Source: Eledone cirrhosa | Taxonomy: Eukaryota | DNA length: 64,000 bases | Direction of reading: 5' to 3' | Assembly (NCBI GenBank): GCA_964016885.1 | Contig: OZ024744.1 | Coordinates: forward strand, 112,778,001-112,842,000 | Notes under the pieces: generated by a model | The model's database searches: none | Told to the model about the DNA's origin: nothing | The model's input: only the letters and a program-made list of their open reading frames with translations | Position numbers and translations under genes: made by a program | Part shown: one piece after another, positions 1 through 14,392 of the stretch | How the letters are laid out: each line of letters begins with the position of its first letter | Numbering within the stretch: the first letter of the stretch is position 1

Positions 1-380
1 TGACTTGGTCACGTTACCTCTGACATGGTCACACGTTACCTTTGGCTTGGTCACGTTACCACTGGCCTGGTCACACGTTACCTCTGGCTTGGTCACGTTA
101 CCTCTGACTTGGTCACATAAGCTCTGACTTGGTCACGTTACCTCTGACATTGTCACAACCTCTGGCTTGGTGACGTTACCTCTGGCTTGGTCACGTTACC
201 TCTGACTTATTCACATAACCTCTGCCTTGGTCACGTTACCTCTGGCTTTGTCATGTTACCTGTGGCTTGGTCACATAACCTCGGGCTTGGTTACGTAACC
301 TCAGGCTTAGTCACATAACCTCTGGCTTGGTCACTTTTCATCTGGCTTGGTCACCTTACCTCTGACTTGGGTCACCTTAC
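1..380. repeat. ~20-bp tandem repeat, consensus TGGCTTGGTCACGTTACCTC (runs off window start)
   Basis: Repeated GGTCACGTTACCTCTG(A/G)CTT units with ~20-bp period. Confidence 0.9.
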
Positions 381-3300
381 CTAGGTTACAACAGTAACTA
401 GGTTACAACACTAATTGTTGTGTAACGGTGTCGGTAATTAGGTTATAACACTAATTGTAGTGCGACCGTGACAGTAACTAAGTTTCAACACTAATTGTAG
501 TGTAACTGTGTCAGTAATTAGGTTACATCATTAATTGTAGTGTGACTGTGTCAGTACCGAGGTTACAACACTAATTGTTGTGTAACTGTGTCAGTAACTA
601 GGTTACAACTCTAATTGTAATGTAACTGTGTCAGTAACTAGGTTACAACACTAATTGTTGTGTAACTGTGTCAGTAATTAGGTTACATCATTAATTGTAG
701 TGTGACTGTGTCAGTAACTATGTTCCGACAATATTTGTAATGTAACACTCTCAGTAAATAGGTTACAACATTAATTGTAGTGTAGCTGTGTCATTAATTA
801 TGTTAGAACACTAATTGTAGTGTAATAGTGTCACTATCTAGGTTACAACAGTAAATGTAGTGTTACTATGTCAGTATCTATGTTACAATAGATATCGTAG
901 TGTAACTGGGTCAGTAACTAGGTTACAACACTAATCGTAGTGTAACTGTGTCAGTAACTGTGTTACAACACTAATCGTAGTGTAACTGTGTCAGTAACTG
1001 TGTTACAACAGTAATTGTATTGTAAATGTGTCAGTAGCTAGGTTACAACACTAATTGTAGTGTAACTGTGTCAGTAAATATGTTACAACACTAATTGTAG
1101 TGTAACCGTGTCAGTAACTAGGTTACAATGCTAATTGTAGTGTGACTGTGTCAGTAACTAGGTTACAACAGTAAATGTAGTATTACTATGTCAGTATCTA
1201 AGTTACAATAGATATCGTAGTGTGACTGTGTCAGTAACTAGGTTACAACAGTAATTGTAATGTAACTATTTCAGTAAATAGGTAACAACACTAATTCTAG
1301 TGTAACTGTCAGTAATTAGGCTACAACACTAATTGTAGTGTAACTTTCAGTAATTAGGCTACAACACTAATTGTATTTTAACAGTTTCAGTAAATAGGTT
1401 ACAACAGTAATTGTAGTGTGACAGCGTCAGTAACTAGTTTACAGCAGTAATTGTAGTGTAACTCTGTCAATAACTAGGTTACAACACTAATTGTAGTGTA
1501 ACTGTCAGTAATTTGGCTACAACACTAATTGTAGTGAGTCTGTGTTAGTAACTAGGTTATAACACTAATTGTACTGTGACTGTGTCAGTAACTAGATTAT
1601 AACACTAATTGTAGTGTAACTGTGTCAGTAACTAAGTTGCAACAATAGTTGTCGTGGACCTGCGTCAGTAACTATGTTACAACACTAATTGTAGTGTAAC
1701 TGTGTTAGTAACTAGGTTACAATGCTAATTGTAGTGTAACTGTGTCCGTAACTATGTTACAACACTAATTGTTGTGTGACTGTGTCAGTAACTATGTTAC
1801 AACAGTAATTGTAGTGTAACACTCTCAGTAAATAAGCGACAACACTAACTGTAGAGTAACTACGTCAGTAACTAGGTTACAATAGAAATTGTATTGAAAC
1901 TATGTCAGTGGCTAGGTTACAACAGTAATTGTACTGTAATTGTGTTAGTAACTGGGTTACAGCACTAATAGTAATGTGACTATGTCAGTAACTAGGTGAC
2001 AACAGTAGTTCTCGTGTGACTGTGTCAGTAACTAGGTTACAACAGTAATTGTAGTGTGACCGTGTCAGTAAATATGTTACAACACTAATTGTAGTGTAAC
2101 AGTGTCAGTGACTAGGTTAAAAAGCTAATTGTAGTGTGACAGCGTCAGTAACTAGTTTACAGCAGTAATTGTAATGTAACTATTTCAGTACCTTGGTTAC
2201 AACATTAATTGTAGTGTAACTGTCAGTAACTAGGCTACAACACTAATTCTAGTGTAACAGTGTCAGTAAATAGGTTACAATAGTAACTGTAGTGTGACAG
2301 CGTCAGTAACTAATTTACAGCATTAATTATGGTGTAACTCTGTTAATAACTATGTTACAACACTAATTGTTGTGTGACTGTGTCAGTACCTATGTTACAA
2401 CAGTAATTGTAGTGTATCACTCTCAGTAAATAGGTTACAACACTAACTGTAGAGTAACTGCGTCGGTAACTAGGTTACAACACTAGTTGTAGTGTAACTG
2501 TGTCAGTAACTATGTTACAATACTAATTGTTTGGTGACTCTGTCAGTAACTAGGTTACAACATTAATTGTAGTGTAACTGTGTCAGTAACTAGGTTACAA
2601 CATTAATTGTAGTGTTACTGTGTCAGTAACTAGGTTACAACATTAATTGTAGTGTAACTGTGTCAGTAACTAGGTTACAACATTAATTGTAGTGTAACTG
2701 TCTCAGTAACTATGTTACAACACTAATTGTTGTGTGACTGTGTCAGTAACTATGTTACAACACTAATTGTTGTGTGACTGTGTCAGTAACTATGTTACAA
2801 CAGTAATTGTAGTTTAACTATGTCAGTAACTAGGTTACAACATTAATTGTAGTGTAACTGTCTCAGTAACTATGTTACAACACTAATTGCTGTGTGACTG
2901 TGTCAGTAACTATGTTACAACAGTAATTGTAATTTAACTATGTCAGTAAATAGGTTACAATATTAACTGTAAAGTAACTGCGTCAGTACCTAGGTTACAA
3001 AACTAATTGTAGTGTGAATGTGTCAGTAACTAGGTTACAACTCTAATTGTAGTGTGAATGTGTCAGTAACTAGGTTACAACACAAATTAAAGTGTAACTG
3101 TGTCAGTAACTAGGTTACAACACTAATTGTAGCGTAACATTGTCAGTAACTAGGTGACAACAGTCATTGAGGTGTAACTGTGTCATTATCTGGGTTACAA
3201 CAGTAATCGTAGTGTAACTGATTTAGTAACTAGGTTACAACACTAATTGTAGTGTGACTGTGTCAGAAATTAGGTTACAACACTAATTGTAGTGTGACTG

Positions 3301-4635
3301 TGTCAGAAATTAGGTTACAGCACTAATTGTAGTGTGACTGTGTCAGTACCTACGATACAACAATAATTGTAGTGTCACTATATCAGTAACTAAGTGACAA
3401 CAGTAATTCTCGTGTGACTGTGTCAGTAATCAGGTTACATTATTAATTGTAGTGTGACTGTGTCAGTAATTAGGTTACAACACTAATTGTAGCGTAACAC
3501 TCTCAGTAACTAAGTTACAACATTAATTGTAGTGTATCTGTGTCATTAACTAGGTTAGAACACTAATTGTAGTGTAACAGTGTCACTATCTAGGTTACAA
3601 CAGTAATTGTAGTGTAACTGTGTCAGTATCTATGTTACAACAGTAATTGTAGTGTAACTGAGTGAGTAACTAGGTTACAACACTATTTGTAGTGTAACTG
3701 TGTCAGTAATTGTGTTACAACAGTAATTGTATTGTAAATGTGTCAGTAACTTGCCTACAACACGAATTATAGTGTAACTGTGTCAGTAATTAGATTACAA
3801 CACTAATTCCAGTGTAACTGTGTCAGTAACTAGGTTACAACAGATATTGTAGTGTGACTGTGTCAGTAACTACGTTACAACAATAATTGTAGTGTAACTG
3901 TGTCAGTAACTATGTTACAACAATAATCGTAGTGTAACTGTGTCTGTAACTAGGTTACAACACTAATTGTAGTGTGACTGTGTCAGTAAATAGGTTACAA
4001 CAGTAATTGTAGTATAAATGTGTCAGTAACTAGGTTACAACACTAATTGTAGTGTAACTGTGTCAGTAACTAGGCTACAGCACTAATCGTAGTGTAACTG
4101 AGTCACTAACTAGGCTACAACACTAATTGTAGTGTAACTGTGTCAGTAACTAGATTACAACACTAATTGTAGTGTAACTGTGTCAGTAACTAGGTTACAA
4201 CAGTAACTGTAGTGTAATTCTGTCAGTAACTGGGTTACAACACTAATTGTAGTGTAACTGTGTCAGTAACTAGGTTACAACACTAATTGTAGTGTGACTG
4301 TGTCAGTAACGAGGTTACAACACTAATTGTAGTGTAAATGTCAGTAACCAGGTTACAAGACTAATTGTAGTGTTACAGTGTCAGTAACTGTGTTACAACA
4401 CTAATTGTAGTGTGACTGTGTCATTAACTATATTACAACATTAATTGTAGTGTAACTGTGTCAGTAACTAGGTTACAACACTAATTGTAGTGTTACAGTG
4501 TCAGTAACTAGGTTACAACATTAATTGTAGTGTTACAGGGTCAGTAACTGTGTTACAACACTAATTGTAGTTTCACTGTGTCATTAACTACATTACAACA
4601 TTAATTGTAGTGTCACTGTGTCAGTAACCAGTTTA
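381..4635. repeat. 40-bp satellite, consensus TGTGTCAGTAACTAGGTTACAACACTAATTGTAGTGTAAC, ~105 diverged copies
   Basis: Constant 40-bp period visible across lines, with occasional 2-bp deletions. Confidence 0.95.
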
Positions 4636-4939
4636 CTAACAATGATGAACATGTTGCCAATAAAAACTATACGATTAAATATATAGTGGATTATATTTGC
4701 ATTTTTTTTTTTTAAATAGTTAAAATGGTTGTTCCATGATTTAATTGCTGTATTTTCAACATATTGTCTCACATGATGTACAACTCTGAAATTCTATAAA
4801 ATACATCTAGTATATTGTGTAATAAAATATAGCATTTTTCTTTTTTTTTCCTTTCTTATCTAAAAGATACTGATTCCCAGAAACTGATCCCGAAATAATC
4901 TCCGGAACAATACCTCTTGAAATACAAAGATGAAGTGAA

Positions 4940-5125
4940 GGCTGCAGCCCAGTGGTTAACGTTATTAAATTCCTGGGATTCCTGGACCAGACATTGCATT
5001 TTATCCTTAGGCAAGATCCTTCATTTCACATGACTACAGTTCACTCAACTGAAAATGAGTTGTGACAGATTGACATCCCACAACATGCAACTCCAATAAA
5101 CTTAGGTCTGATGAGCCTAAGAAAA
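4940..5125 (+). mobile_element. Degenerate tRNA-derived CORE-type SINE
   Basis: GCCCAGTGGTT A-box-like head; CCTTAGGCAAGATCCTTCATTTCAC...CACTCAACTGAAAATGAG resembles the core of the SINE at 62211. Confidence 0.45.
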
Positions 5126-6289
5126 AACTTTGATTACCGAAATCATAATCATTTTCTGTTCACTGCCCATGCTGGTATGGGTTCGATGTGTCAACACAGT
5201 TCCATAAAAATATATAAACTTAAATATATGAGTTAATAGGTTAAGCAACTGATGCCGATGTTGTATGCCATCAATAAAAAGTGGCTATAAAACAGCTAGA
5301 CAAGATTTAAACTTACCCAATATCATCTTGGTAAACTCATGAGATCAGTACCTCACCCTTGTGGTTATATATGAACAAACCACCGATCATTGCCATCGTG
5401 AATGGGTTGGTTACACTGAAAATAAGATATCAAATATAAATATAAAACTGTTTAACTAAAGATGGGAAAGGAAACTATGTTTCCATTGTTAATACTACCT
5501 TCCAGCCATTATTCCAGGTAGGAGGAGAAAGGATTTTAATTCAGTATATACAGAGCCAGATGAGATACAGCAATGCATCCCATCTCTCTTTCTAATGATT
5601 TTTCTGATCTACCACTCCATAGATTGGTACTTTATTTCACTCCAAAAGAATGAAAAACAAAGTCATCCTCAGTAGAACCTGAACATTGCTTGAAAAGGGG
5701 CCTCGTGATAAGATAAAACCTTTTATGTGACCGAAAAGGCTTTAGCAGAGAGGTATTCATCTTTAAAAGCTACTGCTACATACTTTATTGCTAGCTGTGA
5801 AATCTAATCTAGTAAATCTATAATCATTGACATCCCAGGTGTATCTAGGACTATATACCTAAGTGGGAGCTAACATAATGTAGTGTATAAAAGTATTCTT
5901 GATCAAAATACAACCCATAGTGAAGAAAAAAAGATGTATTAATATTAAAGGCAAGGGAAACAATTCCGAAATTTAAATGGGATATGCACGTAGAGCCACT
6001 AATAGACATTGATGCACCATAGACTTACTTGCATTTATCAGACGTCAGAATCTGGAAATATATAGATTTTGGTGAATAATATCAACTGACTAAATAAATT
6101 GAAATGATACAGAAAATTTCCCAGGGAAAGAAGATATTTAAGTGGACAAAAGAAAAAAAGCAATCTTAGTGTACATAACCTTATATATTATTTAATTAAG
6201 ACAGATGTGATTTTAATGAGATTTGGCTACCATTTCTAGCAAGCCAAGCCATCAGGTAGAAAAAAAAAATGAAAATAAATTTACAGTTG

Positions 6290-6800
6290 ATACCTATGTA
6301 GGTATAACTGGCCTCCTACAAAGTATTGCATAGGCTGAGTGTTTTAATGATAGGGTTCCCAGTCCTATCATGTTGTTGTTACATCTTACACCAATGTAGG
6401 GTTAGCTTGTCTCTTACAAGGTTGTATCTCATAGATTTCTTGAGTGTTTTAATGATAGGGACTCCAATCCTATCATGCTGCAACAGCTCACACTAATGTG
6501 TCTCATAGGAGGTTTCTTGGGCGTTTTAATGATAGGAACCCAGTCCTATCATGTTGTTACAGCTTTCACCTATGTAGGTTTAGTTGGTTTCCTAAAAGTT
6601 TGAATTGCATAGGAGGTTTCTTGGGTGTTTTAATGATGGGGGCCCCAAGACTATCATGTTGTTTCATCTCACACCTATGTAGGTTTAGCTGACCTCCTAC
6701 AAGTTTGTATCTCGTAGGAGGTTTCTCATGTGTTTTAATTATACAGACCCCGGTCCTATCATGTTGTTACAGCTCACACATATGTAGGTTTAGCTGGTAT
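6290..6800 (+). repeat. ~103-bp minisatellite containing the hairpin ATGATAGG-N9-CCTATCAT (diverged copies)
   Basis: About 5 units; same unit as 51985-52535 but in opposite orientation. Confidence 0.85.
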
Positions 6801-7799
6801 TTGAATGACAGGGGACTTGATTAAGTTGGCCCAAGTTTTCTCCGTTTGGCTGCCTCGGTCAAACATGATCTATATTTGATACGTCAAATTGGAATAGCCA
6901 TGGCTGCAAATGTGCTGTTGTTGTTGATAGTTGTTGTGGCTGATGTCATTGCCTCTGCTGCTGTTGTCACTGTTGTCGTTGTTGTTGTAGCTGTCGATGC
7001 CACTTGTTTTGCTGTTTTGTTACTGCCGGAGACGGTCACTTTCTTGACTGTAGAGGGGGTAGTGGCAACACTGATGATAATACAATACAGATAAACTGTA
7101 AAGTGAAAAATAAAGATGAACTGAATAATTCTAAGTTATAGTTACACTTAGTCCTTTGATGTTGAGAAGTTATCAGGAATTATAGAGAGTGGGGAAAGAA
7201 GGAAAAGAAAGAGGAAAAGGAAGATGAAAGAGAGAAGGATGCAAATAAAACATAAATGGAAGTAAAGTGAAGAGGAAAGAGAGTGAGATATGAAAAATAT
7301 TATGTATAATGAATTTAAAATTACAAACTAGTAAAATATTGAAAGATCGATATGAAAATCTATTTATACATAAATACATAAACAAACATTGTTGGCTATG
7401 GTCGAGACAAAGCAAGAGTATATTTGAATTCATACAAAAAAATGAGAAAACTCACCACAAGATTAACTTTAGGCGATTAGTATCGGTGTACATATATGCA
7501 TTATCAGAAATGACAATAAATGCCGGTGTGTGTTGTGACAAGGTTTTACTTCACAGAAGTCAAATGGATTAATATAAATAAATGGTTACCCGTTGGTCAC
7601 AACTCCTAGGCTGAAGTGTGTGGAGAAGAACAGAGATCTTCTCTTGGAGGTGTTAACATCTTCTTAGGCTGCCGGTGGCATTCTTCTTTAGTGGCGAAGG
7701 AAATGAGAGAGGAGTCATCTCATGACAAGGTCGCAGGTGTTGTTAACACTTTGGGATTGAGAAGGCGAGAGAGTGAGATCGCCCTGACTTCTCCGGACG

Positions 7800-7871
7800 G
7801 AGACCGTAAAGGGCCGTAACTCTATGCTGCAAAGCATAGCGTCCGACCCTCTACCGATACTGCCAATCCAC
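7800..7871 (-). mobile_element. 5' head fragment of the tRNA-derived SINE family seen at 50488
   Basis: Reverse complement of GTGGATTGGCAGTATCGGTAGAGGGTCGGACGC... Confidence 0.8.
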
Positions 7872-8214
7872 TTATATATATCAATTAACATTTCAAGGGA
7901 GGTTACTCTTACAGTTTTTAGACGTATGATTTAGAGTTACCTCCCTTGAATATATATATATATATATATATATAGATATATATATATATATAAGTATGCA
8001 TGTATACGTACATACATATATGTATACAGACGTACAGTAGCATGCACATATATATATATATATATACATATATACATACATATGCATACAGGTACACATA
8101 CATATATGCACGTATCAGTTTAGCGGCGCTAAATATAACGGATGAAATGTGGTAAGGAACCAGGTGGACCATAACGCACCAAAGTACTCAATACTTAGGG
8201 TAGTAGAGTGGGTA

Positions 8215-8337
8215 ATAGGAACGAGTAGGACCCCGACGGCTGAGTTCAAGCCGTTTCGACGGCTAATTCTGGACTAAATTTAGTCCAGAATTAGCCGTCG
8301 AAACGGCTTGATATCAGCCGTCGGGGTCCTACTCGTT

Positions 8338-8342
<5 letters not shown>
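8215..8342. repeat. 128-bp near-perfect palindrome (no spacer), with a partial extra arm at 8371-8420
   Basis: ATAGGAACGAGTAGGACCCC...CTAAA|TTTAG...GGGGTCCTACTCGTTCCTAT, 2 mismatches; related sequence at 44440-44605. Confidence 0.9.
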
Positions 8343-8373
<31 letters not shown>

Positions 8374-8439
8374 TCGTCGAAACGGCTTGAGCTCAGCCGT
8401 CGGGGTCCTACTCGTTCCTATATATATATATATATTTGT

Positions 8440-11400
8440 TTTGCGAGGTTTTTCATATGAAATCATGCGTCTATAAACGAGAGGGCCCAAATTCTCTACT
8501 CACACTATGCTAAACCCATGGCCTCGAAGTACCTGATACTCAAAAACTCAGCAATGTCCAATAGTGCGAAGTTTAATATTCTGATCGCAGACTTGGTAAA
8601 AGAGATGAAGAATGTGTCCCGCATGTGCGACCCAACTGAAATGGAAAGACACATCCAACACTTCATTAATCGCAGGCAGTTCTCTGGCTACAACCAAAGA
8701 GACAGAATCAGAGTATACAAAGGAGCCACGGAGAAGTATAAGACCCTCATAGAAATGGACATGAAAGGAATTTGCCCATTATACAGGAGCAAATTATGGA
8801 ATAGCTTAGATAGGACTGAACATAAGATAGGGAAAGCCACTTCATGGTACGACAACCAGAGATACCAGAGTGTCATGTTCGTGGATACTACCCCTGGGGG
8901 AAATTAGCTAACCAATGTAGAAAGGCCCTAAGGAAGACCCACTTAAAGATTAAAGTGGTAGAAAAGCCAGGATCTACCATAAAATCCCTGATCAGCAAAA
9001 CATGCCCCTTTAAGAAAACCCACTGTACTAATAAGAAATGTGTTATATGTAGAATGAACCCCCAGATGAATTGTAAAACTAGAAATGTAGTCTATAGCAT
9101 AAGATGTACAGAGGGTACTTGCAGAAACATGACAACGACACACATAGGTGAGACAGCTCGAAGCATAGGAGAAAGAAAAGACCAACACTGGGGGAACTAA
9201 AAGGACAAAAAAAAAAAACGGTTCAGTACTATATGAACAAGCCAGACAAAGACATGACGGTAATATAGACAACATAGAAATTAAAATAATATCTAAACAT
9301 AGAAATGACTCAACAGGTAGACAAATCAGAGAAGCAGATGAGATAGAACTAAGAAGACCAAAGTTGAACAGAAAGAACGAATGGAATAACAACAACAACA
9401 ACCATACCCAAACAAACAATACTGACCTAAGGGAAATATAAATAAATAAATAAATATATACACAAGTACAATAACAACAAACACATATAAACACACACTA
9501 GTGAACAAAGATAGAATACAAAAACAAAAACAGTCACCCAAACACGAACACACACATCAAACATTATACACACATACAACATTACACACACATCAAACAT
9601 TATACACACATACAACATTATACATACATACAAACATTATACACACATAAAACATTATACACACATACAAACATTATACACACATACAAACATTATACAC
9701 ACATACAAACATTATACACACATCAAACATTATACACACATACAACATTATACACACATACAAACATTATACACACATACAAACATTATACACACATACA
9801 AACATTATACACACATCAAACATTATACACACATTCAAACATTATACACACATACAAACATTATACACACATACAAACATTATACACACATACAAACATT
9901 ATACACACATACAAACATTATACACACATACAAACATTATACACACATCAAACATTATACACACATTCAAACATTATACACACATACAAACATTATACAC
10001 ACATACAAACATTATACACACATACAAACATTATACACACATACAAACATTATACACACATACAAACATTATACACACATACAAACATTATACACACATC
10101 AAACATTATACACACATACAACATTATACACACATACAAACATTATACACACATACAACATTATACACACATACAAATATTATACACACATCAAACATTA
10201 TACACACATACAACATTATACACACATACAAACATTATACACACATACAAACATTATACACACATACAAACATTATACACACATCAAACATTATACACAC
10301 ATTCAAACATTATACACACATACAAACATTATACACACATACAAACATTATACACACATACAAACATTATACACACATACAAACATTATACACACATCAA
10401 ACATTATACACACATTCAAACATTATACACACATACAAACATTATACACACATACAAACATTATACACACATACAAACATTATACACACATACAAACATT
10501 ATACACACATACAAACATTATACACACATCAAACATTATACATACATTCAAACATTATACACACATACAAACATTATACACACATACAAACATTATACAC
10601 ACATACAAACATTATACACACATACAAACATTATACACACATACAAACATTATACACACATCAAACATTATACACACATACAAACATTATACACACATAC
10701 AAACATTATACACACATACAAACATTATACACACATACAAACATTATACACACATACAAACATTATACACACATCAAACATTATACATACATTCAAACAT
10801 TATACACACATACAAACATTATACACACATACAAACATTATACACACATACAAACATTATACACACATACAAACATTATACACACATACAAACATTATAC
10901 ACACATACAAACATTATACACACATCAAACATTATACACACATTCAAACATTATACACACATACAAACATTATACACACATACAAACATTATACACACAT
11001 ACAAACATTATACACACATACAAACATTATACACACATACAAACATTATACACACATCAAACATTATACACACATCAAACATTATACACACATACAAACA
11101 TTATACACACATACAAACATTATACACACATACAAACATTATACACACATACAAACATTATACACACATACAAACATTATACACACATACAAACACTATA
11201 CACACATACAAACGCATGCACACAGACAAACATTATACACACATACAAACATTATACACACATACAAACATTATACACACACATCAAACATTATACACAC
11301 ATACAAACATTATACACACACATCAAACATTATACACACATAGAAACATTATACACACATACAAACATTATACACACACATCAAACATTATACACACATA

Positions 11401-13240
11401 CAAACATTATACACACACATCAAACATTATACACACATACAAACATTATACACACACATACAAACATTATACACACATACAAACATTATACACACATACA
11501 AACATTATACACACATACAAACTTTATACACACACACAAACATTATACACACACATCCAAACATTATACACACATACAAACGCATGCACACATACAAACA
11601 TTATACACACATACAAACATTATACACACATACAAACATTATACACACATACAAACATTATACACACATCAAACATTATACACACATACAAACATTATAC
11701 ACACATACAAACATTATACACACATACAAACATTATACACACATCAAACATTATACACAAATACAAACATTATACACACATACAACATTATACACACATA
11801 CAAACATTATACACACATACAAACATTATACACACATACAAACATTATACACACATCAAACATTATACACACATTCAAACATTATACACACATACAAACA
11901 TTATACACACATCAAACATTATTCACACATACAAACATTAAACACACATACAAACATTATACACACATCAACCATTATACACACATACAAACATTATACA
12001 CACATACAAACATTATACACACATCAAACATTATACACACATCAAACATTATACTCACATCAAACATTATACACACATACAAACATTATACACACATACA
12101 AACATTATACACACATCAAACATTATACACACATACAAACATTATACACACATACAAACATTATACACACATCAAACATTATACACACATACAAACATTA
12201 TACACACACATCAAACATTATACACACATACAAACATTATACACACACATACAAACATTATACACACATACAAACATTATACACACATACAAACATTATA
12301 CACACATACAAACTTTATACACACACACAAACATTATACACACACATCCAAACATTATACACACATACAAACGCATGCACACATACAAACATTATACACA
12401 CATACAAACATTATACACACATACAAACATTATACACACATACAAACATTATACACACATCAAACATTATACACACATACAAACATTATACACACATACA
12501 AACATTATACACACATACAAACATTATACACACATCAAACATTATACACAAATACAAACATTATACACACATACAACATTATACACACATACAAACATTA
12601 TACACACATACAAACATTATACACACATACAAACATTATACACACATCAAACATTATACACACATTCAAACATTATACACACATACAAACATTATACACA
12701 CATCAAACATTATTCACACATACAAACATTAAACACACATACAAACATTATACACACATCAACCATTATACACACATACAAACATTATACACACATACAA
12801 ACATTATACACACATCAAACATTATACACACATCAAACATTATACTCACATCAAACATTATACACACATACAAACATTATACACACATACAAACATTATA
12901 CACACATCAAACATTATACACACATACAAACATTATACACACATACAAACATTATACACACATCAAACATTATACACACATACAAACATTATACACACAT
13001 CAAACATTATACACACATACAAACATTATACACACATACAAACATTATACACACATCAAACATTATACACACATACAAACATTATACACACATACAAACG
13101 CATGCACAGAGACAGAGACGGAGACAAAAAATAAATAAATAAATAAAATGAAAATGGCGTAGACACTACAATACAACAGAGGAACATAATAGTACCACTG
13201 ATGATGTTGCAGATGTGCAACGAAAGAACTTTGTTAGACT
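8440..13240 (+). mobile_element. 5'-truncated Penelope-like element (RT C-terminus + CxxC + GIY-YIG endonuclease, frameshifted), with its 3' region interrupted by a satellite
   Basis: ORFs 8518-8907 and 8844-9200: YYAKPMAS...SAMS..KFNIL, CVIC...NCKTRNVVYSIRC...HIGETARSIGER; degenerate hammerhead at 13189-13242; flanked by (TA)n. Confidence 0.8.
9545..13100. repeat. 19-bp satellite (CATTATACACACATACAAA)n, with a ~791-bp internal block duplication
   Basis: The 19-aa periodic pseudo-ORF equals 3x19 bp; marker AAACGCATGCAC at 11578 and 12369. Confidence 0.95.
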
Positions 13241-13242
13241 AT
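13189..13242 (+). ncRNA. Degenerate type-I hammerhead ribozyme at the PLE 3' end
   Basis: CTGATGA-T-GTTGCA(GATG)TGCAAC-GAAA; stems I and III imperfect. Confidence 0.55.
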
Positions 13243-13421
13243 ATATATATATATATATTTATGTCTGTATTTTTAACTGTTGGTTAGTCAGTGGTAAACA
13301 TTGATTGCCAAATAAATTAACCATGGAGATATAAAAGATACAGAAGCGAAAATCAACCAAACAGTGAGTGTGTTCTGTTATCATTTCTGGCAGTTACAAC
13401 AATATGACCCTCCCCAAGTAT

Positions 13422-13505
<84 letters not shown>

Positions 13506-13842
13506 TCATCGTTTTATGTCTGCTTTTCCCTGTTTGCAAGGGTGGGACGGGTCCTATTCAGCACAGCATCTCTTCACTTGTCACAGTCCTTCATCATCTC
13601 CTCAGTGAGATTTGAGATTTGAGATTTGAGACTGTATTTTTCTAATAACCAATTTTTCACTAACTTATTAATTTGTGTTTGAGATACGTTGGCTGAGTGC
13701 TTATGGTGGCAGCAGAACTATTTGAATTCTACTCTCCTGCCCTCATGTAAATTTATAAATCAGTAGCTAATCAGGGGACAGCATTGTGATGTGCAGAGAT
13801 TCCAGTTGCTAATCGTTTTATATTGGTTATTGATTAGGTGGA

Positions 13843-13899
13843 AATCCGGTGATGAAACCTACTGCTGCATTAAGTGTGGCCGAAACTCGAGTTTGGAAA
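13843..13899 (+). ncRNA. Degenerate hammerhead-like motif
   Basis: GTGATGA (C3>G)...GCTGCAT/GTGTGGC...GAAA-CTCGAG-TT with palindromic stem III. Confidence 0.35.
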
Positions 13900-14238
13900 C
13901 AATTGGAGGTACCCGCTTACGTGTGTTGTATTGAAGCAAATAACTATGTGTATACTCTGGGAGTTTATTTAACATTACCTATTGAGTATACTGAGATGCA
14001 ACATGTCCTAGCAGTGATAACTATACTAGGTCTATCAACTTATTATATATATATATGGTATGGTGAACTAACTGTTGTGGAACTACTACTAAACTCTTCC
14101 CATGAACTGAGTGCTCTACTACTATGGTTATAATCCACCAGTGTTCTACTATTATATATATATATATACATATATATAAAATATTAAAAAAATAATGAAT
14201 AAAACAATGAAACAGTTCCTTATATAAAACAAAAAAAG

Positions 14239-14392
14239 TTCATTATTTAACGATCGTTTCTAGGATATATATGTGTTAGAATTGGCATGCATATTCAACA
14301 GATCTATGTACAAAATTATACAAAATTATACAAACTATCAAAATTAAATATACATACCAACACATACATATGCCGTCTTCAGAAATAATGAA
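14239..14392 (-). ncRNA. Type-I hammerhead ribozyme with very long stem II insert
   Basis: Minus strand: TTCATTATTT-CTGAAGA-(~115 nt)-GAAA-CGATCG-TT-AAATAATGAA; perfect 10-bp stem I, palindromic stem III. Confidence 0.65.

Noticed and set aside
5101-5125. CTGATGA...GAAA hammerhead-like motif
   Set aside because: No stem II or III; CTGATGA is just the loop of a CTTAGG/CCTAAG hairpin at a SINE end
6022-6060. Minus-strand 23-nt micro-exon (tttccAG...GTAAGT)
   Set aside because: Splice-like motifs only, no coding support; expected by chance
11216-13142. Long His/Thr/Tyr-rich ORFs
   Set aside because: Translations of the 19-bp satellite
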